Assembly: GCF_006345805.1 (NCBI RefSeq)
Contig: NW_021832995.1
Location: 11,484-75,483 of the forward strand
From: Octopus sinensis
Taxonomy: Eukaryota
DNA length: 64,000 bases
Direction: 5' to 3'
Made by a program: the position numbers and the translations under genes. Shown here one piece after another: positions 1 through 11,387 of this stretch. Positions within the stretch are counted from its first letter, which is position 1; each line of letters begins with the position of its first letter. Below the pieces are notes generated by a model. It saw only the letters and a program-made list of their open reading frames with translations. It was not told the origin of the DNA and did no database searches.

Positions 1-385
1 TACAGATAAATTGAGTTATACCATATTGTATGTGTTTGTGTTCTCAAAGACGATTCCTGGTTTCTGCGAAGTATATCTTAATTGGGTGCACAATATATTG
101 GAAAATAAAACAATATCCGCCGCTCTCGTTCACCTTCGAGGCGAGTTGCTTTGCATTCTTTACTCGGCGTCGTGAAGGGACGCCATCCCACAGTTAATGG
201 TCGTATAAACAGAACATACACCATACACGTGTCATCGATAATATTAATATTATCAGAGCTGCTTTTAATTCAAAATTTAATTTTGTTTCATTTGTGCTCC
301 GCTTCAGAATATCAGTAAATAGACTTTACACTATTCATATGTCTCCGAACGACGATACGATTCGTTTCGAAGTGAGTCGAGTATA

Positions 386-430
386 CGGCGCTGAAGAGCT
401 AAAACGTTAGCGAAATATCAATATCTGCCG
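386..430 (+). ncRNA. Type I hammerhead ribozyme, complete core
   Basis: Reads CGGCG-CUGAAGA-GCUAA(AACG)UUAGC-GAAA-UAU(CA)AUA-UC-UGCCG. All three stems pair, with canonical G10.1-C11.1. Predicted cleavage is after C425 (AUC). Stem I extends into a rod spanning about 350-465. Confidence 0.8.
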
Positions 431-536
431 ATTTGGTTCCGCTTCGGGGCGAGTTGTCTCAGTTGATTTGACATTGTGTTCTTTGACACTCGCCGTCCTG
501 AAGGGACGTCTCTCAAGACGCTATCCTGCATACTGT

Positions 537-599
537 GTGTGTATGTATGTATGTATGTATGTATGTATGTATGTATGTATGTATGTATGTATGTATGTA
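537..599. repeat. (GTAT)n microsatellite
   Basis: Perfect tetranucleotide run. Confidence 0.95.
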
Positions 600-659
600 C
601 GTTATCTGGTTTCAAGTAGAATACCACAGAACGATGCATGAAGTTCTTGATTGCTATTA

Positions 660-1283
660 TTGGGTTGTCCGGAAAGTTCGTGCCGATTTTTAAAGGAAAG
701 AAAAAGGTCAATAAATGCTTGCCATTACATTTTTAATCAACCGAATATGAACAATTTTGTTGTACAATGCGTCTTCATCTTTCCTTTAACTTGAAAATAC
801 CCTCTTCCCAGAATTGAGGTAGTTCCATGGCAAAGAATTCATCAAGGTATCTTTTTTCGTCATCCAAGGAATTGAAATTTTTACCATTAAGACTATTCTG
901 CAGAGACCTGAATAAGTGGAAATCTGAAGGAGCAATATCTGGTGAATATGGAGGGTGAGGTAACATATCCCAGCCGAGCTGCAGCTATTTTTGACTGGTT
1001 CCCAAAGCATCAAGTGCCGAAAATGAACTTTCTTATCTTCCATTTTAAAGGGTTACAGAATTAACACAGGTTATAGGAACGTAAACCTTCTTCCATGAAA
1101 AAATAGCTTAAACTGTGCTCTAAATGACAGTGTAAATCCTTAAAAATGTTTTAGCCCGAAGGCCGCGGCCATGCTGGGGTACCACCGGTGTAGTAAAATT
1201 CTATTTTATGGACTCAATCATGTTCTAAAATAAGTCGAAAGATAAGCTATTATAAATCGGCATGAACTTTCCGGACAACCCCA
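660..1283 (-). mobile_element. Non-autonomous mariner deletion derivative (copy 1)
   Basis: About 30-bp TIRs (TTGGGTTGTCCGGAAAGTTCGTGCCGATTT and its near complement) flanked by TA. The transposase N-terminus MEDKKVHFRHLMLWE is joined directly to the C-terminal LPHPPYSPDIAPSDFHLF motif of mariner (DD34D) transposases. Confidence 0.9.
1135..1187 (-). mobile_element. 53-bp 3' tip of a CR1-group LINE inserted into the mariner
   Basis: Reverse complement matches the LINE terminus at about 39340-39400. It is absent from the mariner copy at 31422 and is flanked by GTGTA at 1130-1134 and 1188-1192. Confidence 0.8.
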
Positions 1284-1289
1284 TAGGTA

Positions 1290-1524
1290 AATGTAAAGTT
1301 ACTTCTCGAGTTATACCGACTCATGGCGGCCAGTTTCCTGGCTTCAATGGCGTCTACATTCCCCCTCGCAAGGTTACTCATTTTTGTCAGTTAAGTGGAC
1401 TGGGGCAACGTGAAATGAAGTGTTTTTTCCTCAAGAACACAACGCGTCACCTGTACCAAGAATCGAAATCACAGTCTTATGATCATGAATCCAATACCCT
1501 AACCACTAGGCCACGCGCCTCCAC
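1290..1524 (-). mobile_element. tRNA-derived SINE, family C
   Basis: Head GTGGAGGCGCGTGGCCTAGTGGTTAGG with A/B boxes. Body similar to copies at 4780, 5588, 11095, 20952 and 23200. Confidence 0.8.
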
Positions 1525-1887
1525 TAAAAGACGAGGTGGGCACGGGTGGGACACTTCTTATTGCAGGTCTGCTTATTATAGATGAGGATTTAGTTAAACA
1601 ACATCAATATCTCACAATAAAGAAATGAACTGTCATACTGCCTCTTGACTTGCGAGACATAGTAACCAAATCCGCTCCAGCTCTCACTCTTCCACTTAAC
1701 AAAATAGGACACATTCAATGGGAGATTCGCCCTTGAAAAGATGAACAGATTAGAACTTGTCGTCCTGGGTGAGGAATACGACAGGATTGTAACAGCTGGA
1801 ACAGTTTTGAACATTGCCCTGTCTTATCAGGATTAACTTCGAGTTAAACAAACAAAACTAGTACTTCTCATAAGAATAGATCTGTAA

Positions 1888-2305
1888 AGGTGCAAGTGTG
1901 GCTGTGTGATAAGATGTTTGCTTGCCATCCACATGACTCAGGGTTCAGTCCCACTGCAGGGCACCCTAGGTACAAGAGTTATAACCCCGTAGCCTTGTGA
2001 GCCGATCTGGTAAACGGAAACTGAAAGAAACCCGTCTTATATGTATATGGGCGCGTGCGTGCGTGTGTGTGTCTTTGCATATGTTTCTGTGTCTTTGTGT
2101 TTGTTTCCTAACACTGATTGACAACCAGTACAGGTTTGTTTACGTCCCTGCAATTTAGCAGTTCAGCAAAATAAACCGATAGAATGAGTATCAGATTTTT
2201 AAGAAAGAAAACAAAGAACTGTGGTCGATTTGTTCAGCAAAAACCCTTCAAGATGATACCCCCAAGATGGTCGTAGTCCAATGATTGAAACAAGTAACGG
2301 ATAAA
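1888..2305 (+). mobile_element. tRNA-derived SINE, family A
   Basis: Head of the GGCGCAGGAGTGGCTGTGTGG type, internal (TG)n, and the shared tail ...CAGTCAAATGACTGAAACAAG. About 11 copies in the window. Confidence 0.8.
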
Positions 2306-2519
2306 AAATATCAATCATTACCTCCACCAACAGCAACTACAAGAAGAAAAACAAGTCTTAACCTAAACTATACATTAACACTAACGAAATTACTCTTGTA
2401 CGTATTTTTCTCATTGTGTCTCAATGATGGTACCTGTATTCTTCGGGGTATATTATAACTGGGTCCACAATATATATAAAACAAATTTAACGGCCAACTT
2501 TTGTTCACATCATCCTACA

Positions 2520-2860
2520 ACCGTCATTTGACCGCGGCCATGCTGGAGCATCGCCTTCAGTCGAGTAAATCGATCCCAGGACTTATTCTTTTTAAGCCTA
2601 GTACTTATTCTATCTTTTGCCGAACCGCTAAGTTACGGGAACGTAAACACACCAGCACCGGTTGTCAAGCAATGTTGGAGGAACAGACAAAGACACACAA
2701 ACACACATATACATATATACTACCTAATCCACGCACCAGGCTTTGGTCGACCCGAGGCTATAGTAGATGACACTTACCCAATGTGCCACGCAGTGGGAAT
2801 GAACTCAAAACCATTTGGATGGTAAGCAAGCTACTTACCACACAGCCACTCCTGCGCCTA
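2520..2860 (-). mobile_element. SINE family A
   Basis: Reverse-complement match to the family, ending CCACACAGCCACTCCTGCGCC. Confidence 0.85.
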
Positions 2861-3255
2861 TATAAATTTATTTTCTTTTTTATTCAAATCTAGTTTCGCA
2901 TTAAAAGTCGGCAAGAAAATACTTCCGTCAGCCAATGGAGACATGAAATTTTATTTATGATAAAACTTCAACATTGTTACCAACTCTCCTTTTGTTGCTA
3001 CTTTTGTTGTTGTTGTTGGTGGTGGTGGTGGTGGTGGTGGTGGTGTTGGTGTTGTTAATGATGCTTTTCAAGAACGTTCAATTTCCTGATGTCGTCTTTC
3101 TTTTGTTGTTATTATTATTATTATTGTTGTTGTTGTTGTTGGTAGTGTTATGATGTTTGTTGTGTTTAAGATTGTTGGGGTTCTTTTATGTTTTGCCGTT
3201 GATATCGGTGACGGGGGTGGAGGTGGTATAGGTGTTTACTTTCTTGTTAAAGCCT

Positions 3256-3295
<40 letters not shown>

Positions 3296-3609
3296 TCTGT
3301 CGACACTTAATTTAAAATTATACAAATGAATTCTCCTATCAGAACTGACTTAGTCATCCATTAATTGTTTCACTAAGTTTTCGCAGGGACGAGTGGGGGA
3401 TGTAATGGGGTGGGGCAGGGAGTGCAGTACGGCGGAAGGGGGCGGGGTCCGATTGCGGTGCGGTCTAACTATTTTTGATAAAGCACACACCCACACACAC
3501 ATTCATATACACATTCACATATATACTCTTATATATATATGCATATATCCATATACATGCCTAAATATATACATGTATATGTATACATATACACATAGAT
3601 GTATGTATG

Positions 3610-3641
<32 letters not shown>

Positions 3642-4090
3642 AATGTACATACATATATGTCTGTGCATATATAATACACGCACACACATATATATATGCA
3701 AATATGGGATATATACATAATTATATATGTCTGTATGTGCTTGTGTGTGTGTGTGTGTGGAATAGTCTTACTCTCCATTGCATCCCATATTTAAATTTAA
3801 TTAATTTTTTCATTAATTAAAACTTTGGGGTTACCTCCCCCTGCCATTTATCACTGCACTTCGTAGTCATTTAGATAATAATTGTTCTCATTACTAACGC
3901 TGTAATTTTAATTAATTAAAAAAAATTTCGACTTACTTTACCAAGTTTGCTAGCTACCACAGGTGCCACAAGGTAATCATTCTTTGATATTGTTAAATTT
4001 TTTGGATCAGTAAACCTCGAAGCAGATAAAACTATAAAGAACAGCGTGGAAATATTAGATTAAAGAATCTTTTGAATACAAAAAGTTTTA

Positions 4091-4156
4091 GCCTGCCTGT
4101 GAGATTCGAACACGTCTCCCGTAAATATGACTGATTTTCTACCATTGGACCAAAGC
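4091..4156 (-). pseudogene. Decayed tRNA-like sequence or orphan SINE head
   Basis: Minus strand has A-box-like TGGTCCAATGG and B-box GTTCGAATC at tRNA spacing. The cloverleaf is not intact. Confidence 0.35.
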
Positions 4157-4482
4157 AATTCCTCGAATTTCTAGATATATTTATATATATATATCAGTAA
4201 CTTTATTTTTACCGAGGTGAATCGTATGTTGTTGACGCCATACGAATTTAGTAATTTCGAGAGAGCGTGAAATATTTTTTTTTTTTTAATTAGATAAAGC
4301 TATAGATACTAAAGAGGAATATTTCATCCTAATATAGGCAATAGCCTGACATTAAAGGAGGGGAAGCAATCGACTGTGTTGACTCCGGTATATTTGGCTG
4401 TTGCTTTATTTCATTATACGCAGGTGGATGAAAAACAAAATCGGTTTTGGCGAGATTTGAACTCACAACGTAAACTGCAGCA

Positions 4483-4717
<235 letters not shown>

Positions 4718-4779
4718 GTGCATTCCCACGCAGGAAGGAATATAAAATAAATTGTTTCGGGGTTTGAAAAAACTCCTGA

Positions 4780-5006
4780 ATATCTAAAAGTTTCCGGCTT
4801 CCCAGTTTCAATGGTGTATGTGTTCCCCAGTTGGACGGGACGCCAGTCATCGCAGCGTTACTCATTTTTGCCAGCTGAGTAGACTGGAGCAACGTGAAAT
4901 GAAGTGTTTTGCTCAAGAACACAAGGCGTCGCCCGGTTCAGGAATCGAAACTACAATCTTACGATCATGATGCTGACACCCTAACCACTAAGCCACGCGT
5001 CTCCAC
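4780..5006 (-). mobile_element. SINE family C
   Basis: tRNA-like head on the minus strand and the shared GCTCAAGAACAC body. Confidence 0.85.
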
Positions 5007-5135
5007 AAACAAGCGGTTTAGGAGAGTTTAAATTAACAAGGGAAAATTCGAAAAACGTGTTCAAACGATCAAATGTTCAAATGATCATAGAAATGTCAAT
5101 GAGCTGCACAGAGATAGACAGTAATATAAGTTTAA

Positions 5136-5348
5136 CCCTTCAGTATTTAAACTGGCTGCATCAGTCCCAAATATCTTATATGCTTTATGTTCATACTGAC
5201 CGGATCTGGACTCTCACACCTATCCTACAATGTCATTCTGAAAAATAAAGAATCGCGTCATGAAAATCGCAAAGCTACAAGATAAGGCATGATTAATTTA
5301 AAAGAGTGAGATGAATAAAGAAGAATCACATTTGATAAAGTAATCTGA
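5136..5348. mobile_element. Probable piggyBac-type MITE, right end lost
   Basis: Starts TTAA|CCCTT. No matching right TIR was found. Confidence 0.4.
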
Positions 5349-5587
5349 TGAAGATCATAACAAATATACAGGATTGAAGTTTCAGTCATATTGAGGTTTT
5401 TTTTTTTTAGAAAATAAGAAAAAAAAAAGTGAGAAAAAGTTTTTCTACAATTTCTGTCGTAGAGCATGAAGGAGTCCTTCGTCAGTTTCCGTTGTGGCAC
5501 ATGAAGTTCTTCCTCGTTGGTCACTGCTTCAACTGTCGTCTTTTTACACGGCATAAAATATAAAAATTCAAACTTCTCATTGATGCT

Positions 5588-5927
5588 GCTGAGACCCCCT
5601 TCGGACATGACTGACCATGGGATTGCACCCAGCAAGTTACCCTCCCAGGCACAAATCCGGGCAATGATGTTTATGGAAGACCAGCAGTCACCCATGCATA
5701 CCGGCCTCCCCTCTCCATGTCACTGATGTTATCCAAGGGAAAGGCAAAGGGGCCGATACAGCTTGGCACCTGTGACGTCGCAACGCATTTCTACGGCTGA
5801 GTGAATTGGAGCAACGTGAAATAAAGTGTCTTGCTCAAGAACACAACACGCAGCCCGGTCCAGGTTTCGAACTCACAGCCTCACGATCGTAAGCTCAACG
5901 CTCTAACCACAGAGCCATGCGCCTTCA
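5588..5927 (-). mobile_element. SINE family C with a different 3' module
   Basis: Same head and body as family C, followed by an unrelated 3' segment of about 190 bp. Confidence 0.8.
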
Positions 5928-5939
5928 TTCCCATTGATG

Positions 5940-6475
5940 ATCAATCACAAAAAATATATATAGACAGTATTACAGATCTTGATTATAGTAATCGGCTCGA
6001 GAAGCTCATCATTTATTCTCCACGAAGCCGCCTTAAGCCCTATAGCATTTGTATAATGTCGAGAATATTCGAACTGCATTGCCCAAATGATGTTGGCATC
6101 ACCTTTAAATTTCACCCAAGGCTTAGTTCCCCTGCCATCCGTCATCTACAAAAATCCTGCTCACATTCCATCACAACACTATCACAGAACTATTTTACCT
6201 CAACTGGCACAGCTCTCATTAGCATCTTTCTAAGACACATACGAGAAGAAAAAAGGTATTTACATCCAAACGAGCACTGGTTTAACAAATACTTCTCCAA
6301 CAAATTCCGGATTAACCACGTACACCTGGATATATCTCTGCAAACAACCACACTTTATTTCAATAGGTTATAATGCCCAAATAATGACTATAATACGAAA
6401 CATTATTAAATGTCTTTTCCAGATGGTGTTATTGAATTAGTCAAGGCCTGGGCCAAATTTCGGCCGAAATTTAAC
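5940..6475 (+). mobile_element. Decayed 3' fragment of a CR1-group LINE
   Basis: DLDYSNRLEKL...HCPNDVGITFKFHPRL matches the ORF2 C-terminus of the LINE at 32209-35375. The 3' UTR motif GGCCTGGGCCAA is also shared. Confidence 0.85.
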
Positions 6476-6573
6476 AAAGTACATGTTTCTGTGTGTGTGT
6501 GTGTGTGCATGCGTGTTTGTATGAGTCTGTCTCCCTTTCTCTCTCTCTCTCTCTCTCTCTCTTCTATATATAT

Positions 6574-6618
<45 letters not shown>

Positions 6619-6628
6619 TATATATATA

Positions 6629-6995
6629 GGCGCAGGAGTGGCTGTGTGGTAGGTAACTTGCTTACCAACCACATGCTTCCGAGTTCAGTCCCACTACGTG
6701 GCAACTTGGGCAAGTGTCTTCTACTATAGCCTCGGGCCGACCAAAGCCTTGCGAGTGGATTTAGTAGACGGAAACTGAAAGAAGACCGTCGTACATATGT
6801 GTGTGTGTGTGTGTGTGTGTGTTTGTACCCCTACTATCGCTTGACAACCGATGTTGGTGTGTTCACGTCCCCGTAACTTAGCGGTTCGGCAAAAAGAGAC
6901 CGATAGAGTAAGTACCAGGCTTACAAAGAATAAGTCCTGGAGTCGATTTGTTCGACTAAAGGCGGTATGGCCGCAGTCAAATGACTGAAACAAAA
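6629..6995 (+). mobile_element. SINE family A
   Basis: Near-complete copy with head, (TG)n and tail. Confidence 0.9.
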
Positions 6996-7034
6996 TAGAT
7001 TTAAAAATATATATAGAAATATATATAGAAATAC

Positions 7035-7420
7035 TCTTTTCCTTGTTTCAATCATTTGGCTGCGGCCATGCTGGGGTATCGCCTTGAAAGGTTTTAGTCA
7101 AACAAATCATCCCTAGGACTTAGTCTTTTAAAGCCTAATACATATTCTATCGACATCTTTCGTCGAACTGCTAAGTTACGTGAACATAAACACACCAACA
7201 CCGGTCGTCAAGCGGTAGTGGATGGACAAACAGAAACACACATAAATATATACATATATATACATAAATATACAACGGGTTTCTTTCAGTTTCCGTTTAC
7301 CAAATCTATTCTCAAGGCTTTGGTCGGCCCCAGACTATAGTAGAAGATACTTGCCCAAGGTGCCGTGCAATAGGACTGAACCTGGAGCCATGTGATTGGG
7401 AAGTAAACTTCTAACCACAC

Positions 7421-7425
<5 letters not shown>
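7035..7425 (-). mobile_element. SINE family A
   Basis: Reverse-complement copy, tail-to-tail with 6629-6995. Confidence 0.9.
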
Positions 7426-7450
<25 letters not shown>

Positions 7451-7457
<7 letters not shown>

Positions 7458-7557
7458 ATCGACCAGACCATCAGATGTTGCTACACATCGCTGGTCACAA
7501 ATCGTTCGCATTGTTTTAGCCTTCGAATGACGCCACCCCGCTGGCTAAGCGAGCAGG

Positions 7558-7560
<3 letters not shown>
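7451..7560 (-). mobile_element. Isolated 3' tail of SINE family C in (TA)n
   Basis: Reverse complement is similar to 21120-21225. Confidence 0.65.
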
Positions 7561-7599
<39 letters not shown>

Positions 7600-7660
7600 T
7601 ATATATATATAATATATATTATATATGTATATATATATGATATATATGTATATATATATG

Positions 7661-7704
<44 letters not shown>

Positions 7705-7710
7705 TATATA

Positions 7711-7808
<98 letters not shown>

Positions 7809-8927
7809 AAGACCTGTAGTAATGTTTCAACGATTGGACCAAATAAGACACAAACATGTTCGAGGTTGTTAGTAACGATATTTAAGTTATTGGTAATCAC
7901 TTACAGCTAAATAGACTGAGCCGCTCAGTGTAAAACAACTAGATCATAGGTATTTTAATATATTGATTAAAGTGCCGCAACCGACGTTTTCTTAGGGCGT
8001 TTTTGTCTTTTTGTTGTTGTTATTTTTCTGTCTTATTTTTTTTTTCGCTTCTTATCTATTATTCTTATCCATTCGGTCATCTGTAACTCCACTCAGAACT
8101 CACCAAGCGATGTGTGGAATTTTAAGAAAATGATGCATGAAGCTGGGAATCGAAAACCGATCGTTGATTGGACTCGGTGGGACTTAACTACTTAATTTAC
8201 CCTACAGCATATGACGCAAGAAAAGATGCGGAAAAAAGATAAATTATCTATTTTCTCCCTTCCCCTCCTCTACACACACACACACCTCTTTCTGTTTCTC
8301 TATCTCTTTTGAAAATAAAATAATATAATATATTATATAAAATAAAATAACGAGAAATTAAATTAAATTAAATTAAAAACTGATAAAGATCAAAGGAAAA
8401 ATTATAACAACTCTACGAAATAAAATTTTTCGGAAAACATAAATAGGAAAAACATAAAGATAATATATAGAGGGGGGAAATAATAAAAAAATAAACGCGA
8501 TATTTAAAGAGGAGTTTATCAACAAAGAGAGCTGTTATTGAACTAATAATAGTTTAATTATTTAGTATCAGTTTTAGTTTAAGGTGCGTGTGGTGGAAGA
8601 GAGAGAGGGGGGAGAGGGAGCGAAACCTGGAACACATTTATAAACCCCTTACCTACCACGTCTGTTATCGACGATGACTTTTATTAGTTCGCTATTTGGC
8701 TTGTATGTGTGTTTTTTGTTCGGCGTGTTGTTTGGTATTAATGGGTCTATGTGTGTGGGAAGGTAGTGAAGCGGGGGTCACTAATATATTTCGCAATGGT
8801 CGCTTGAGACAGAACAGACAGACAAATTTAAATAACTCACCCATATCCTCCCTCGGCCCACGCTAAAGAAATGATTATTTTTTTCTCTCTCTAAACCGAT
8901 ACATTATTGCATAAACTATTTATTAAT

Positions 8928-9055
8928 ATAACGAGCTCAGGCACTCGGCGTTGCCCGGGTGCCGGATACGTAGGTAGCGCGTGCGTATCTATGTATATGT
9001 GGGTTAAGCTAAAGGACTTAACTCACATACAGCAACCGTTTTACGTAGTTTTTTT
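8928..9055 (+). mobile_element. Possible Helitron/Helentron-associated non-autonomous fragment
   Basis: Contains the GCACTCGGCGTTGCCCGGGTGC hairpin, recalling the CCCGGCGTTGCCCGGG subterminal palindrome of such elements. Ends are uncertain. Confidence 0.3.
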
Positions 9056-9220
9056 GTATGTTATTATATCTGCATAAATTTATGTGTGTATGTATACAGA
9101 TACACATTGTATATATGCATACACATATTCATAAATGCATTCATGTTTATTTAAGAGTTTTATTTTATATAATTATTAATTTTTGATTTAAGATAATCTT
9201 TCTTCATACATGTGAGTGTG

Positions 9221-9271
<51 letters not shown>

Positions 9272-9439
9272 AAAATATAAAAGGCTAGTTCATAAAACGT
9301 GTTACCTGAATATTTGTAAATAATACCAATTTCAACATGAAAGCAAAAAAAATGAATTAACTTCTACCTTCAACAGTATTCGAAACTACATACTAACTTT
9401 CCGAAGATACGATTTTTTAAATACACTTCTTCATGCCGG

Positions 9440-9615
9440 CGATTTACAGAATTTTTAGCACGCCGGACAAAATTCTTAACAGCATTTCGAGTTCAAACTC
9501 CGTCGAGGTTGACTTTGCCTTCCATCACTTTCCGGGTTTATAAAATAAGTACCAGTAGAGTAATCGACTTATGCCTTCCTCCAAAATTGCTGGCCACGTG
9601 CCAAGATTTGAAACG
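9440..9615 (+). mobile_element. tRNA-derived SINE, family B (decayed)
   Basis: Carries the GAGTTCAAA...GAGGTTGACTTTGCCTTCCATC...AAATAAGTACCAG core. Confidence 0.75.
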
Positions 9616-10033
9616 AATAATTACAGTGCTGCAATTTGATATTGTCTATACATTGCTACCTTAAAAAAATGCGTGAGAGAATGATTTTGTGTCCGTGAAT
9701 ATGAATAAGAGAAGCGGAAATTATTAGTGCGAGACATCACGGGAAAGCGGAAGAAGAAAAGACACCATTAAATTGACATCATAAATTGATGATATTTCTC
9801 TACTTCACAGCAACACAAGCAGTGTTTCAACATTCCTTTCTTTGTATTTTCCCCGTTTTATTTCAGTGGGGCTTTGATCTCGGAATTTCTTCTTTCTTTG
9901 TGTATGATTCTGGAATTCTTTTGGAATTGTGCACAAACTGGGGAAACGATCGGCTGAGAATTGATGACGTATCAAGACAGATAGTCAAACGTCGACGCTT
10001 ATAGTTATAGGTACACAGTACTATGTTATATAA

Positions 10034-10415
10034 AGCGGTGAGCTGGCAGAATTGTTAGCACACCGGACAAAATGCCCAACAGTTTTTTGTCTGTCATTCA
10101 CAGTTCAAAGTCCGCTGAGGTCGACTTTTCCGATTATCCTTTCAATGAAGCACTGAGGTCGATGTAATCGACTTGTCCCATCCAGCCCTAGTTTCTATAA
10201 AAGATTATCTTAGATTGGTTTTAAATTTTGGCACAAGTCCATGGACAAATCGATTACATCGACCCTGGTGTACAACTGGTACTTGATTTATCGACCCCGA
10301 AAGGATGAAAGGCAAAGTCGACCTCGGTGGAATTTGAACTCAGAACGTGACGGCAGACGAAATACGGCTTCGCATTTTGCTCGGCGTGCTAACGTTTCTG
10401 CCAGTTCGCCGTCTT
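10034..10415. mobile_element. Two SINE family B copies, tail-to-tail (+ then -)
   Basis: GCGGTGAGCTGGCAGAA head at 10034, and a reverse-complement head ending near 10412. Confidence 0.8.
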
Positions 10416-10599
10416 GGGTTATCCTTCATTAAATATAACAATATATGGTGACTTAGCACTGTTGTCAGTTCGTCGGACAGGAAACCTACTCTTGCTTTTG
10501 CTCCGCTCTGAGCTGAAATAACTCTCGCTGACATCAGCTCCGCCTTACATCGCTTCTGGTCGATAAATAAAGCCCTAGTGGAGTACTGATGTGAATTGT

Positions 10600-10632
<33 letters not shown>

Positions 10633-10756
10633 TTCTCTCACCCTCTCCCTCACACACAAACACACACACACATACGCAGTATGTGTGTGGTTGTGTGTGT
10701 ATCTTAACTTTGTTTTACATGCCGAGTCAATTCTTTTTTTCTCTCTTTCTCTCTCT

Positions 10757-10797
<41 letters not shown>

Positions 10798-11094
10798 CGA
10801 TTATTTTGCACCTCGAGAAGGCCAGTGGAAAAGTACTCTGAGTGTCTTTTCCTCCAGAAATGGAGAAGAGTTGAATGAGGGATTGGAGTTAAGAAACTCT
10901 TTCTCCTAGAAAGCAAACAAAAAATAACTGATATGCTTCTGAAGGCATCCAAAGACCACTCGGCGTACAAGACATTACAGCAGAGTAAACTTTCGTGCAC
11001 CAAATATGGTACCTGTGACTATTTTACGTGCGTCGTTTTACTTTCGTTACTATGTCTTCTTTGGTTGTTGTAAATAATATAGAGTTGTAGTTGT

Positions 11095-11387
11095 TGTTTG
11101 TTCCTTCTCGAGCCACGCCTGACTCATAGGGCCGGGATCCGGTTTCCTTGGCGTATAGGTTCCCCACTTGGACGGGATACCGGTCCGTCGCAGGTGAGCT
11201 GCAAGATGCAGGAGGAAAGCGTGAGAGAAAGTTGTGGCGAAAGAGTCAGCAGAAGTTCACCATTATCTTCTGCCGGAGCCGCGTGGAGCTTAGGTGTTTC
11301 GCTCATAAACACACACATCACCCGGTCTGAGATTCGATCCCTCGACCGTGAGTTCGCCGCTCTAACCACTAGGCCATGTGTCTCCAC
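11095..11387 (-). mobile_element. SINE family C variant
   Basis: tRNA-like head GTGGAGACACATGGCCTAGTGG. Flanked on both sides by ATAGAGTTGTAGT (probable TSD). Confidence 0.85.

Noticed and set aside
1708-1836. Possible short host exon (DTFNGRFALEKMNRLELVVLGEEYDR...)
   Set aside because: Weak splice signals, no recognisable domain and no partner exons.
6629-6700. Functional tRNA genes at SINE heads
   Set aside because: A/B boxes are present but there is no complete cloverleaf, and they continue into SINE bodies.
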